From a phage: DNA of 64,000 bases. This document shows positions 1-10,388 of the stretch, one piece after another (the first letter of the stretch is position 1; each line of letters opens with the position of its first letter). The notes below the pieces were generated by a model, which was given only the letters and a program-made list of their open reading frames with translations, was not told the origin of the DNA and ran no database searches. The stretch lies in assembly GCA_014686905.1 (NCBI GenBank), contig GCA_014686905.1_4093.1. The stretch is one strand, 5' to 3'. The position numbers and the translations under genes were made by a program.

Positions 1-15
1 AATAATTCTTTTGAC

Positions 16-477
16 ATGGATTTAGTAACAGAACATATCCCTGAAGAAATGTATTGTGTTTTGGATCTAAGCCCAAATGGTGAATCTGATTTTTATTTTA
101 GACATATTCTAAACACCGTATCATTTAATAGTATTAGTGCTGATCTTCAAATTGGTGAAAAGATTATTCAAGTGCCTCTAGGATGGCAAATTATGTTAGG
201 TGATGAAGAAACTGGTATGGTTGAGATGTGTACAATTGAAAACATTCTTAACATGAAAGAACCAAAAGCTTTTGTTTACAATCCTATCCGTTCAATGTAT
301 CCTAAGTTTGAACCAGTCAAAGTACTACGTGTATTTGCATTAACTACAAAGTGGCAGATACCAATGTTACCTAAAAAGAATTTACTATGCGTCCCACTAC
401 ATAGTGGTGAAAATCCACCATGTGTGTACTTTGCAGATGAAAACGAAAAAATTCAAGATTTGTATCTAGGAGTATAA
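16..477 (+). CDS. hypothetical protein (may be N-terminally truncated by window edge)
   Basis: ORF in track, same strand as flanking genes; no recognisable motif. Confidence 0.35.
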   Translation: MDLVTEHIPEEMYCVLDLSPNGESDFYFRHILNTVSFNSISADLQIGEKIIQVPLGWQIMLGDEETGMVEMCTIENILNMKEPKAFVYNPIRSMYPKFEPVKVLRVFALTTKWQIPMLPKKNLLCVPLHSGENPPCVYFADENEKIQDLYLGV

Positions 478-481
478 AATA

Positions 482-1327
482 GTGTTTGATTTCAGTGATA
501 TTAAAAATAAGTCGGTCGATGATGATGAAAAACCAACACAGCATTCTTTTTCTATTGCTGAATTTCTAAAACACATTGACCGTGCTGATTATAAGTACTA
601 TAATGACATGACCGAAAAAGAACGAAAAGAGTTTACTCCATATACTGTTTTGCGATGGGTAAGCTCTTTAGATGATTCGTTACAAGTAACCTACCCTAGT
701 AGTAAAGTTGAAAGTGTATTTGGAAAATGGAAATCTGGTGGTAAAGAAGCACTGACTGAACTAGTTACTGAATTAAAGTCTTCAGGGACAAATGTTTCAT
801 CAGTAACTAAGTACTGTCATAGTGATTATGATTGGCGTATTAAATTTGCAGTCCAATCAAAAGATGACGCACAAAAATTAATATCCTCAATGGTCGAATT
901 TGGCGTATCAGGTTCAGAAATTGTTTCATTAGTAGATACTGAAGTTGTCAAATACCAACTTATTATGCTAAATGATATGGTTAATGATGGATTTTGGGAT
1001 ATGAAAGAACATCCAGAATTAGTATATCAGCTTATGTGTTCAGTCCATGATATGATTGGTGGACAAGAAATGCCACGTAACTGGTTAAACTTTTCTAAGA
1101 ATTTCAAAAAGGCAAATAACGAATTATTTGAGTTAATTAAAAGCTCACAACCTGATACTATATCTACTCAAATGAATGAAGATGAGTACAAAATTGTTCT
1201 ATTGCAGTATGATAAAAAAACATTTGAGACATTTCTTGACAATAATGGTTTTCAAGATAATGAAAAGAAATCTATGATGAAATTGTTTAAAGAAGAATGT
1301 AAAAAATATGGCAAAGAAATCAAGTAA
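482..1327 (+). CDS. hypothetical protein
   Basis: 281-aa ORF beginning with GTG 5 nt after previous stop; no recognisable motif. Confidence 0.45.
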   Translation: MFDFSDIKNKSVDDDEKPTQHSFSIAEFLKHIDRADYKYYNDMTEKERKEFTPYTVLRWVSSLDDSLQVTYPSSKVESVFGKWKSGGKEALTELVTELKSSGTNVSSVTKYCHSDYDWRIKFAVQSKDDAQKLISSMVEFGVSGSEIVSLVDTEVVKYQLIMLNDMVNDGFWDMKEHPELVYQLMCSVHDMIGGQEMPRNWLNFSKNFKKANNELFELIKSSQPDTISTQMNEDEYKIVLLQYDKKTFETFLDNNGFQDNEKKSMMKLFKEECKKYGKEIK

Positions 1328-2018
1328 TAAAGTATATACCTGTAGATTTTGTGATCGTGAATTTAAACGTGAAGAAACTGTAAACACACATAAATGTATA
1401 AAACGTGACCGATACGAAGACCGCCAAAGCCGCCAGATGATGGAGGCTTTTCGTATATATATGCAATTTATGGAATTGAATAAGTTCCCATTTAAAAAAG
1501 GCGTAGAGCCTTTTATTGCTTTTATAAAGTCAAAGTACTTTAATGATTTTTATAGTTTTGCCGAATACTATTTGAATAATAGAGATATTATTAATGTGGA
1601 CGAGTTTGTAAAGTACTTGATTATCAATAACAAACCAATCACGGAATGGAGTACATATAAAGCAAAAGATGAATGGATATTAAAAACAATTCGTGCCGAG
1701 CACCCAAAAGAAGCAATTGCAAGAAGTGTTATCTCACTGGTTGAATGGGCTGAAAATTTGAATGTACAATGGAATACTTTCTTTGAAAATGTAAGTTCTG
1801 CCCGTGCAATTGCATGGATTGAGAGTGGTAAAATTTCACCTTGGATTATCTGGCTTGCTCCTAAAAAAAGTACTAATAAGTTTTTTAAAAAACTATCAAA
1901 CTCAGAAATTGAATATATACTTAAATACATCGATCCAAGTTATTTTGAAATCAAAACTATAAAATACAAAAAGGATTGTGATGAAATTAAGATTATGCTA
2001 TGTGAGGCAGGATTATGA
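1308..2018 (+). CDS. hypothetical protein with N-terminal C2H2-like zinc finger
   Basis: CRFC...HKC spacing near N-terminus; 236 aa. Confidence 0.45.
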   Translation: MAKKSSNKVYTCRFCDREFKREETVNTHKCIKRDRYEDRQSRQMMEAFRIYMQFMELNKFPFKKGVEPFIAFIKSKYFNDFYSFAEYYLNNRDIINVDEFVKYLIINNKPITEWSTYKAKDEWILKTIRAEHPKEAIARSVISLVEWAENLNVQWNTFFENVSSARAIAWIESGKISPWIIWLAPKKSTNKFFKKLSNSEIEYILKYIDPSYFEIKTIKYKKDCDEIKIMLCEAGL

Positions 2019-2344
2019 ATGGAAAAAGTATATATAATAAAATACCAGAAGGGTATGTACCTGTACCTAAAGAACAAAAATCAAAACAAATATCTCTACT
2101 TAGACAAGGATCTATTACTGAAATAACTTTAGATGGTAAAACATTTCAAGTTCATGATCCTGCTCGTATTGAAAAAATTATTTCTTTGGTAGAAAGACAC
2201 GAAGAACGCTTTTTCAGTTTAAGTCAAGAATTGGCAAAGACAAAACAAAATTGTAGATTATTAGAGAATCAAATATCAACTTTGACTAATACAGTTAAAC
2301 AGTTACAGGAGCAAATAAAAAATGCAGGATTCGACCGATTCTAA
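2015..2344 (+). CDS. hypothetical protein
   Basis: 109-aa ORF, 4-nt overlap with upstream gene. Confidence 0.4.
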   Translation: MNGKSIYNKIPEGYVPVPKEQKSKQISLLRQGSITEITLDGKTFQVHDPARIEKIISLVERHEERFFSLSQELAKTKQNCRLLENQISTLTNTVKQLQEQIKNAGFDRF

Positions 2345-2960
2345 ACATTATAGAAAAGCCCGAACTGATATTGACATTGACTTCAAGGATAGTAAAAGCG
2401 TAATCGCTAAACTTCCATGTGTGCGAAGTACTGAAAAAATTACGGAGGATGGTTTAATCCCCCATAATAGTGGTGTTCATTTTGATAATATACCTATTGA
2501 TCCAATCACTGGATTGGCAAGTATACAATATAAAGAAGCTGAAAGGTTAGGGTATCAAAAAGTTGATATTCTTTCACAGTCAGCTTACATGTATGTTCGT
2601 GATAGAGAGCATTTAAAAGAACTAATGAATCAGGAACCAAATTGGGATCTATTGTTAGAACCCGAAATTGTAGAACATCTATCGCAAATTAAAAAACATG
2701 TAACTTTATTAAATGTATGGAAGCCTAAATCTATAGACGAACTAGCAATGTTTATTGCAATGATTCGCCCAGGAAAAAGGCAGTGCCAAAGTATGAACAC
2801 ATGGGACGAAGTTAAAGCTACCATATGGGATTATAGTACTATAGGCACTGACCAAGCAGGAAATAAATTACGATATTTCAAAAAGCCACATGCTTACGCA
2901 TATAGCTTAATGATTGTTGTACAACTAAATGCTTTAGTTGAACATCTTACTTCTTCTTAA
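2322..2960 (+). CDS. DnaE palm-like minimal nucleotidyltransferase candidate (C-terminal part)
   Basis: Collinear motifs resembling Pol III alpha: DIDIDF (cf PDFDVDF catalytic Asp pair), YQKVDIL (cf KFDFLGL third Asp), AMIRPG (cf ALFRPGP), KKPHAYAYSL (cf NKSHSAAYAL); by-eye alignment only. Confidence 0.4.
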   Translation: MQDSTDSKHYRKARTDIDIDFKDSKSVIAKLPCVRSTEKITEDGLIPHNSGVHFDNIPIDPITGLASIQYKEAERLGYQKVDILSQSAYMYVRDREHLKELMNQEPNWDLLLEPEIVEHLSQIKKHVTLLNVWKPKSIDELAMFIAMIRPGKRQCQSMNTWDEVKATIWDYSTIGTDQAGNKLRYFKKPHAYAYSLMIVVQLNALVEHLTSS

Positions 2961-3300
2961 GAGCCACATTACGACGCTTGATGCGTTTCTGTGGCAAATT
3001 GCTTAAAGAAACTACTGGACCACATACGAAATTCACCGACGGTGTATCGAATCTCTGTGTGTACGGTTCAAATTTCTCCATCTCTTCTTGAAAGAATAGA
3101 CAAACTGGAATGGTTCTATTACTTTGCCACCACCAATCGTGTGCTATACCTAACAATTCGTCTTGCATTGAATCATCCATATCATCGAAACAGTAAAGAG
3201 TTGTATACTGTTTGCTTTTGATTTTGATGATACCAACAAACGTTTTACCATCATACTGGATTACAGTAATGAATGGTGGAATAGTGTTATATTGATTCAT
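2947..3300 (-). CDS. hypothetical protein, only minus-strand ORF in first 17 kb
   Basis: 117-aa ORF fills the 330-bp gap between + genes; weak GGAA upstream of ATG; alternative + ORF 2991..3221 overlaps. Confidence 0.3.
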   Translation of the reverse strand: MNQYNTIPPFITVIQYDGKTFVGIIKIKSKQYTTLYCFDDMDDSMQDELLGIAHDWWWQSNRTIPVCLFFQEEMEKFEPYTQRFDTPSVNFVCGPVVSLSNLPQKRIKRRNVALKKK

Positions 3301-3357
3301 ATTAGTTCCATAAATATTAGTATAAATTTATACCTATTATTTATGGAAGGAAAAACT

Positions 3358-4335
3358 ATGGCTCATCACGGCGTGTTTATGTACCCTTATAATCAGGAAG
3401 TATCATTGGGCAATTTTAATATGCCATATAGCAATGAAAAACTAACTATATATAGAGGGGCAAATAATAATTTATCTTTTACTGTTCACAACGCTGATGG
3501 AAAATATACTTTATTGAAAGATAATGAATATCTTACATTTATGATTTTTGATGCACGAAATAATACTAAACTATTTGATGTTGTATTAGAAAAACAAGAA
3601 CCCAGTTGGTTATCAGAAAGTGGACAAGCAAGACAAACATTAGGAAATAAAAAGAAAGTATATTATGGATGTATTGTTCCAGCAGGAGTTATTCAAGATA
3701 CCAGTCCTGGTTCAAAATATAGATGGAGCATTACTAAAGTAACAATGGATGGTTCACTTATAGAACCAACACAATATCTATACACAGGGATGAACTTTGA
3801 GGCATCAGCAGAGCTAATAATTTCAGACCAAGCAGCACCTGTATTTGTCCCCAGTACTGAAATATCAGTTAATAAAAATCCAGCATGGACAACTATAAAG
3901 CGTTTATATCATGAACCAATTGGAAATGGTATGATTGGTGAATATGATATTCTCGCATCAACTCCACTACCAGCACAAATGCAGTTTGGATTAGTAGATG
4001 GATTAAGTAGTATTGCAATCTATTTTGATAAATTTATTGGTAGAATACAGCTACAAGGGTGCTTGTGTAACAACGTACCTAATGATAATGAAAACTATAA
4101 ATGGTTTATTATTAAATTAGATGGAAAGGATTATATTGAAAATGGAATTGATTCAGAAGGTTTTCCAAAAGAACTTGACGGAATACAAGCATTTAATTTT
4201 AAAGGAAATTATATGTGGTTACGTTTGGTGGTTGCTATTCATCCCAAAATTGTTCCAGTACCATATGACTATGCTGCTGTCCGAAAAGTGTATGACCCTT
4301 TCCTAACAGTACCTAAAATTTTGATACGTAGATGA
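3358..4335 (+). CDS. hypothetical protein
   Basis: Track ORF 3292..4335; start moved to ATG 3358 preceded by GGAAGGA RBS. Confidence 0.45.
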   Translation: MAHHGVFMYPYNQEVSLGNFNMPYSNEKLTIYRGANNNLSFTVHNADGKYTLLKDNEYLTFMIFDARNNTKLFDVVLEKQEPSWLSESGQARQTLGNKKKVYYGCIVPAGVIQDTSPGSKYRWSITKVTMDGSLIEPTQYLYTGMNFEASAELIISDQAAPVFVPSTEISVNKNPAWTTIKRLYHEPIGNGMIGEYDILASTPLPAQMQFGLVDGLSSIAIYFDKFIGRIQLQGCLCNNVPNDNENYKWFIIKLDGKDYIENGIDSEGFPKELDGIQAFNFKGNYMWLRLVVAIHPKIVPVPYDYAAVRKVYDPFLTVPKILIRR

Positions 4336-4361
4336 GACAAAACTAGAAGGTGTGCTATAAT
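4333..4361 (+). promoter_or_regulatory. sigma70-like promoter, -35 TGAGACAAA class with extended -10 TGcTATAAT
   Basis: TGAGAC-17 nt-TATAAT upstream of primase gene. Confidence 0.55.
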
Positions 4362-4390
4362 CATTTGTAAGAAAAGACAAGGATTAACTT

Positions 4391-5446
4391 ATGAACGCTG
4401 TACAAAACATAATGGCACAAATTATGAATGATCCAGTACCTGCGATTGGTACATGGTCACAACACAACTGTCCAGCTTGTGTGTTCAGAGGACATTCAAG
4501 GCCGGATACAAAGCACCGTGGTAATCATATGTTCAATGCAGATGGTTCCGTTTCATATAACTGCTTTAACTGTAGTTTAAAAACTGGTTGGCAACCAGGA
4601 AAATATATGAGCAAAGATATGGAGTCTTTGCTCATTTCTTTTGGTGCACAAGATAAAGAAATAGAATTAGTTAAGTTTTATATTAAAGAAATGGTTGACA
4701 GCGGTGATTTTGCTGCACAAGAAACTGTTGCATCAAAATTGTATGACCGAGTAACAGTACGTGATTTGCCATCAAATGCAAAAACATTTTGGGAATGGGC
4801 TTCTTTACCTGAAGATAAAATTCCACAAGAATTTATAAGTGTTTTGCATAATGTCAATGAAAGAAACCCATATCTGTTAGACTTAGAATTATATTGGTCA
4901 CCTAATAAAGAACATAAAATGTATGACAGATTTATTATTCCATATTTCATGAATGGTAAAATTATTGGTTATACTGCACGACATAAATTAAAAGATCCTG
5001 GAAGTACATACAGGTTCATAAATCAAGTAAGTACTAATATACTATATAACTATGATTTATTAAAAGATGAACGAATAAAAACAATTTTAGTATGTGAGGG
5101 TCCGTTAGACGCAGCATTAATGGGTGGTGTATCTGCTAATAACTTTAAATTATCAAACGTACAGATTGATGTATTAAAAGATGCACAGCAAAAAGGTAAA
5201 AAAATAGTTATTGTTCCAGATAGAGATAAAGATGGATTAATAACTATAGACCAAGCACTTGAAAATGGATTCAGTGTTTCCTTCCCAGACTTTGGTGCTG
5301 TAAGAGAAGGTAGTACAATACGTCATATCAAAGACTTTGAAGAAGCTTGTGCACGATTTGGTAGGTTATTTTGTTTACAATTAATACATGATAGTATAGT
5401 AGATGAGCCATTTTATATTAAAGCTCAAACGGATAAATGGATGTAA
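4391..5446 (+). CDS. DNA primase (T4 gp61-like: zinc ribbon plus TOPRIM)
   Basis: N-terminal CPAC...CFNC zinc-binding pairs; VCEGPLDA and VPDRDKDG TOPRIM-like motifs; AAGGA RBS. Confidence 0.7.
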   Translation: MNAVQNIMAQIMNDPVPAIGTWSQHNCPACVFRGHSRPDTKHRGNHMFNADGSVSYNCFNCSLKTGWQPGKYMSKDMESLLISFGAQDKEIELVKFYIKEMVDSGDFAAQETVASKLYDRVTVRDLPSNAKTFWEWASLPEDKIPQEFISVLHNVNERNPYLLDLELYWSPNKEHKMYDRFIIPYFMNGKIIGYTARHKLKDPGSTYRFINQVSTNILYNYDLLKDERIKTILVCEGPLDAALMGGVSANNFKLSNVQIDVLKDAQQKGKKIVIVPDRDKDGLITIDQALENGFSVSFPDFGAVREGSTIRHIKDFEEACARFGRLFCLQLIHDSIVDEPFYIKAQTDKWM

Positions 5447-5468
5447 TACATATAATGAGGGAACATAG

Positions 5469-6989
5469 ATGATTCAAAGCACAGTGGATGTGAAACAATA
5501 TGGGATTAATGCACAACAATACTTATTATCTCAGATTTTCAGTAATCCTGATTTATATGTACGTTGTAAAAATATCCTTAAACCAGAATATTTTGATAAA
5601 ACATTTCATGAAAGTATTCAATACGTGCATGATTATGCTGCAAAATATAGTTCATCACCTACTTTGAAAGATATTGAAGTTAAAGGTGGTTATCAATACG
5701 ATCAATATGAAGTTCAAGAATTACATAAACAATCAGTACTTGATACCTGTGGTGAATTTTGTCGCCATAAAGCATTAGCTTTAGCCGTTGAAAAAGGAAT
5801 GGAACTTGTCCATCAGAAAAAATATGGTGGAATCGAAGAACTAATCCGAGAAGCAATGTTGGTAACGGTACAGAATGAGTTAGGTTTGGATATTTTTGAA
5901 AACCCTGAAGATACAATCCGCTCACTCAGTACAATGCAAGGATCATTTAAGAGTGGTTGGGAAACTCTTGATTACAAACTTTTCGGTGGATTTGGGCGTA
6001 GAGAGTTAGAGATCTTTGCTGCTGCATCAGGTGGTGGTAAATCAGTAGTACTGCAAAATTTAGCAGTTAACTTTGCGAAAGCTGGAATGAATGGTGCATA
6101 CATTTCACTTGAACTAGCTGAAGAGTTGGTTGCTGTTCGTATCTATGGTATGATGACTGAATCAAAACTCAGTAACGTAAAAAATGAAGCTGAAAAGATT
6201 GGATTTGCTGTTAAAGTTGAAGGTAAAAACAGTGGTATGTTGCGTATTAAACGCTTACCTGAATCTGTAACAACCACAGACGATATTGAAAGTTATCTAC
6301 GTGAATTACAAATTAAGATGGAAATCAAACTTGATTATGTATGCGTGGACTATTTGGATCTATTAACTTCTAATCGTCTTGGACCAAATGATAAATCCAA
6401 TACATTTACTAAAGATAAATTTGTATCAGAAGAATTACGTGCTCTTGCATCCAAAATGGATTTGACTGTTTTCACTGCATCTCAGTTTAACCGTAGTGGT
6501 ATGGACGAAGATAAGAAAAGTCAAAGTCAGATTGCTGGTGGTATTTCAAAAATTTATACTGCTGATAACGTAATTTATATTGAAGCAAAAAAAGAAACTG
6601 GCGAACTATGGTTTGATTTCCAAAAAACACGTAACAGTAGTGCAGTAGGTTCCCGTTTGCGTATGTCATATGATATTGATTCATTGAGAGTTCTTGACCA
6701 CGCAACTACAGTACAACAAATGGAAACCGAAGGTAATGGATTCCGTCACAGCGGTGTTTCTAAGATTGGTGGAGGGAACATGGCGTTACCACCCAGCACT
6801 ATGCAAACATTACGTCATTCGCTTTCTGGTGCAGCTAAATCACCATCTGTGCAACCTGACAATACAGTAACACTAAATACTGATAGTGCTCCTAACTCTA
6901 CGACACAAAACGAAATACAGAATCCACAGACACATGCTGGTACTGATCGTGTTCATGCAATGAAGCAATGGTTAAATCAAAGGAAATGA
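5469..6989 (+). CDS. replicative DNA helicase, DnaB/T4 gp41 family
   Basis: Walker A AAASGGGKS, RecA-like core, immediately downstream of primase; GAGG RBS. Confidence 0.75.
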   Translation: MIQSTVDVKQYGINAQQYLLSQIFSNPDLYVRCKNILKPEYFDKTFHESIQYVHDYAAKYSSSPTLKDIEVKGGYQYDQYEVQELHKQSVLDTCGEFCRHKALALAVEKGMELVHQKKYGGIEELIREAMLVTVQNELGLDIFENPEDTIRSLSTMQGSFKSGWETLDYKLFGGFGRRELEIFAAASGGGKSVVLQNLAVNFAKAGMNGAYISLELAEELVAVRIYGMMTESKLSNVKNEAEKIGFAVKVEGKNSGMLRIKRLPESVTTTDDIESYLRELQIKMEIKLDYVCVDYLDLLTSNRLGPNDKSNTFTKDKFVSEELRALASKMDLTVFTASQFNRSGMDEDKKSQSQIAGGISKIYTADNVIYIEAKKETGELWFDFQKTRNSSAVGSRLRMSYDIDSLRVLDHATTVQQMETEGNGFRHSGVSKIGGGNMALPPSTMQTLRHSLSGAAKSPSVQPDNTVTLNTDSAPNSTTQNEIQNPQTHAGTDRVHAMKQWLNQRK

Positions 6990-6992
6990 TAA

Positions 6993-7265
6993 ATGTCTAG
7001 TAAATCCAATAAAAAGAATCTACTTGATAGTATAGTTGACTATACGCCAGAGAAAGATACATTACAGAGTTTTAGTAATCGTGCCGACCACGCAATAAAC
7101 TCTGTGATTCATTTATTGGAGAGCATTGAAGATGAGTTTAACCAAACTGATGCTGAAGATTTAAAAAAACGCTTATTTCTAAGTATAAAAAACCGAGATT
7201 ATAAAAAGTTTCAAAAAGGGTTAGAGAATATAGCACTTGATGAAAAACGTAATAAAGGAAATTAA
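6993..7265 (+). CDS. hypothetical protein
   Basis: 90-aa ORF. Confidence 0.35.
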   Translation: MSSKSNKKNLLDSIVDYTPEKDTLQSFSNRADHAINSVIHLLESIEDEFNQTDAEDLKKRLFLSIKNRDYKKFQKGLENIALDEKRNKGN

Positions 7266-7266
7266 T

Positions 7267-7431
7267 ATGAAGAAAAAGAATATCAAAGAAAATGCATCTT
7301 CTGGAGCTACTTCAGCAGGTGCTATTGCATCAGTCAGTACTGGTTTACATTATCCATTACATCGTAGATTGCCTCCTACTAACTTCTTTGGATACAAAGT
7401 CGTAGAGAAAAAAGATAAGGACAAAGAATGA
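7267..7431 (+). CDS. hypothetical small protein
   Basis: Track ORF 7237..7431; first ATG after upstream stop is 7267. Confidence 0.3.
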   Translation: MKKKNIKENASSGATSAGAIASVSTGLHYPLHRRLPPTNFFGYKVVEKKDKDKE

Positions 7432-7820
7432 AACCATATACATTCTACACAATTCACACTGTAGTAGATATTGGTGATGGTAAAACCCCAACAATCATAG
7501 ATTCTAAGTTCACTGGTGCTATGAACTTGTCTAGGTTGTTGGAAGCTATTATGGTATATGACTATCCAATGATGGTAAGCGTTGTTAAAAATGAAGTCGA
7601 TTTATATAAAGATAATAATTCATCTTTTTATAACATGCCAATTTCTTGGGGAAAATGTACCATAAGCACATTCAAATTCGCATTACCAATGGATGTCGAA
7701 CTTCGTTTGAATGGTATACCATTGGTTCTACCAACCGAATTAAATGGAAAACGAATAACAAAATTTATCACATCTGGTGATGATATTAACATTAGCATCA
7801 GCAAACAGACCTTTTCTTAA
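7428..7820 (+). CDS. hypothetical protein
   Basis: 130-aa ORF, 4-nt overlap with upstream. Confidence 0.4.
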   Translation: MKPYTFYTIHTVVDIGDGKTPTIIDSKFTGAMNLSRLLEAIMVYDYPMMVSVVKNEVDLYKDNNSSFYNMPISWGKCTISTFKFALPMDVELRLNGIPLVLPTELNGKRITKFITSGDDINISISKQTFS

Positions 7821-7822
7821 TT

Positions 7823-8821
7823 GTGATAAATATCATAAAGCAAGACAGAGGTCTTTTTATTTTATATGGAGAAATTATGGATATAAACCAAACAGCAACT
7901 GAACTTCAAAAGTTCGCAGATGCACATAATTTGAATGTTGATGTTTCTGTTATTCTTGATAATATGGATGCAGGTGATTTTATCACTTTAAATTCTGCGA
8001 TTGATAATTCTGACAATCGTGAAATATTCCAAATTTTACAAAAATACAAAGCACAGATGAGTGAATGTTATAATTATTTTAGTACTAAAAATGTTAACAA
8101 ACATATTAATGAAAGCACTGAACTTCATAGTATTGTTGATTCAATGTCACTAAAGCAATTAGCAGAAGAGTATCATAAAAATTATACATATTCAGATATA
8201 ACAAAACTAACCACACAAGAATTAAAAGCAATTGTATTTGAAGATTTACAAAATCAAGCCACACAAATGCAAGCAAAACAAATTGCTAAAATGAATGTTT
8301 CTCAGGGTCAACAACAAGTCAATCCACAAACTCAAGCTAAAATGAAACAAGCTGAGTTGCAAAGAAATGCTAATAATATGAAAGTTAGTGTTCCTGGTAC
8401 ACAAAGCGGGACAGATTCGGTTGAACCTGTAGTTGGTGTTGACCCAGGACAAACACCGGAGCAATCATTAGTTATTACTAAAAGTGGGACTAAGCCAAAT
8501 GAGTTGAACGTTTTTCCTTTGAGTGATGTTAATCCTATTGATAATCAAAATAATCCAATTCGTGAAGAAAAATCTCCACAAGAAATTAACAGTGAACTTA
8601 TGGCTAATTCCAGTTTAGAGCCTGATAGTAATCCTGATACACCATCACCATTGTCACATCACGCACCTGGTATGGGCGAAATGATACATGCAATTTCTGA
8701 TATTGAAAAAGAAGATGATATCTATGGTGATGAAAGTGTTATGGCAAACACATCACAATCTGATAATGATGACATGGTAGACCAAATTATCGATTTCTGT
8801 CATCGTATGCGAGGTCGTTAA
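7823..8821 (+). CDS. hypothetical Q/N-rich protein
   Basis: 332-aa ORF with Q/N/S/P-rich low-complexity middle. Confidence 0.4.
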   Translation: MINIIKQDRGLFILYGEIMDINQTATELQKFADAHNLNVDVSVILDNMDAGDFITLNSAIDNSDNREIFQILQKYKAQMSECYNYFSTKNVNKHINESTELHSIVDSMSLKQLAEEYHKNYTYSDITKLTTQELKAIVFEDLQNQATQMQAKQIAKMNVSQGQQQVNPQTQAKMKQAELQRNANNMKVSVPGTQSGTDSVEPVVGVDPGQTPEQSLVITKSGTKPNELNVFPLSDVNPIDNQNNPIREEKSPQEINSELMANSSLEPDSNPDTPSPLSHHAPGMGEMIHAISDIEKEDDIYGDESVMANTSQSDNDDMVDQIIDFCHRMRGR

Positions 8822-9039
8822 TGAGAACAGTACTAAATGTGCATGGTCACAATACAATGGTTTCTAATGAAGAATATAAACTATTACAAAAGATAAAAGC
8901 ACGCGGTACTGTTCCAGTTGAAAAGGTAAATGAATATTATCAGGAATTAGCTGATAAGATGGTATCACGTGGTGTTCTAAATAAAATAGAAAATGATGAC
9001 GGTACTGAATCTTACCAAACAGTTAGGAGTAGTAAATGA
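8821..9039 (+). CDS. hypothetical small protein
   Basis: 72-aa ORF overlapping stop/start. Confidence 0.35.
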   Translation: MRTVLNVHGHNTMVSNEEYKLLQKIKARGTVPVEKVNEYYQELADKMVSRGVLNKIENDDGTESYQTVRSSK

Positions 9040-9707
9040 ATTACGAATATGATCAACAATCAGTTAATCAGATGGCTGATTTGTTAAGTGGATTGAATGA
9101 CATTGAAGCTGGTGAAACACATAACGCATCGGGGGTTCCATATAAAACTGGTGGTGATATCGGTGCTATGGCTTCTATTTTAACTTCATTAAATGAAGCA
9201 GGTATGGATTATGGTGAACCACAACATCCACATATGGTTCAATACAATTCTCCGTATAATGAACATTTATCAGGGAATTCACCAGTACCTTCGCCACGAC
9301 CATCACAAGCACCTCTTAAACCAAAAACTAATTGGAGTTTAGTGGAAGAAAAAGTACAAGGTACTAAATCTACTAAAGTTTATAGCATTAAGTGTAATCA
9401 TAGTTCACAAATTATCATGAATAATATTATGATGTATGAAGCAGCACTTACATTAGTTAATCTTCTTAATGAAGGAAGAATGTTGACAGATGCAAAAGTA
9501 CTTGGTATAATCAGTTCGGGTCTTCAATACACGAATGTGATTAGTGAAGCATTGAAAGCAGCCCAGAAACGTCAACGCGTACTTAATGAATCGAAGTATG
9601 ATGAAGCAAAAGATTTAGATATAATTATTGCAGAAAAGAAAGCTGAAGCGTATAAATTAAAAGAGCGTGTATTAAACTTTCTAAAAGGCGAAGGTTATAT
9701 AAAGTAA
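9036..9707 (+). CDS. hypothetical protein
   Basis: 223-aa ORF. Confidence 0.4.
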   Translation: MNYEYDQQSVNQMADLLSGLNDIEAGETHNASGVPYKTGGDIGAMASILTSLNEAGMDYGEPQHPHMVQYNSPYNEHLSGNSPVPSPRPSQAPLKPKTNWSLVEEKVQGTKSTKVYSIKCNHSSQIIMNNIMMYEAALTLVNLLNEGRMLTDAKVLGIISSGLQYTNVISEALKAAQKRQRVLNESKYDEAKDLDIIIAEKKAEAYKLKERVLNFLKGEGYIK

Positions 9708-9739
9708 ATAAATGAGTGATATTTTATAAGGAAATACAA

Positions 9740-10372
9740 ATGTCAAAATATAAAAAACTAATGGAAGCAGCTTCTCGTGCAGAAGCTATGAAGTTTATTC
9801 AACTAAATGAATCTAATATTGAAAAAGCAGAAATTGTTCTTTCAGTAAAAGGTGAGATTGTGGATAAACTCCAACGTCAATCTGAGGTTATTAACAACAT
9901 GGGTGTTGACGTACTAGGCCCATTACTTGACCGTATTAAAGCCGAGCAAGGTCTAGATGCTGCACAAAATTTTAGTGATAATGTTCGCCATCTACTACAA
10001 CATGCAGTTACTACCTTAATGGATGTAAAAGACAAAATCAGTACTGAAACACTTAAACTAACTGGTGATATCACTGACGGTCCAGATGTTTCTGATATTG
10101 GAAGTGAAGATGTTGATATTGATATTGCAGCAGATACCCCAACTTTTGATATGGATGCAGACGCAGACTTTGAAGAAGACATTATCTCTGAGCCAGTACC
10201 AACTGAACGTGAAATGAAAGAATCTGTTAAACCAAGTAAAGTTGGTGTAAAAATGGAAAGTATTCGCGGAACTGTGGGTACTAAATACTTTAGTTCAAAA
10301 GAAGAAATGAAAACATGGCTTTCTGAGAATGAAAAGAAAGTTAAACGTGTTCTAGGATACGTTAAAAAATAA
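9740..10372 (+). CDS. hypothetical highly acidic protein
   Basis: Track ORF 9716..10372; ATG 9740 with AAGGA RBS; D/E-rich segment DVDIDIAADTPTFDMDADADFEED. Confidence 0.4.
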   Translation: MSKYKKLMEAASRAEAMKFIQLNESNIEKAEIVLSVKGEIVDKLQRQSEVINNMGVDVLGPLLDRIKAEQGLDAAQNFSDNVRHLLQHAVTTLMDVKDKISTETLKLTGDITDGPDVSDIGSEDVDIDIAADTPTFDMDADADFEEDIISEPVPTEREMKESVKPSKVGVKMESIRGTVGTKYFSSKEEMKTWLSENEKKVKRVLGYVKK

Positions 10373-10388
10373 TTAAGGACAATTCTAC

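Noticed and set aside
2991-3221. 76-aa + strand ORF inside the 2961..3291 gap
   Set aside because: Fully overlapped by the longer minus-strand ORF 2947..3300 and lacks an RBS; the minus-strand ORF was preferred, with low confidence.
9877-10182. 101-aa minus-strand ORF rich in Ser antisense to an acidic + strand gene
   Set aside because: Low-complexity translation of the reverse complement of GAA/GAT-rich coding sequence; no start context. Treated as artefact, as are similar antisense ORFs at 11619..11906, 1199..1387, 1568..1930, 28268..28528 and 36682..36909.
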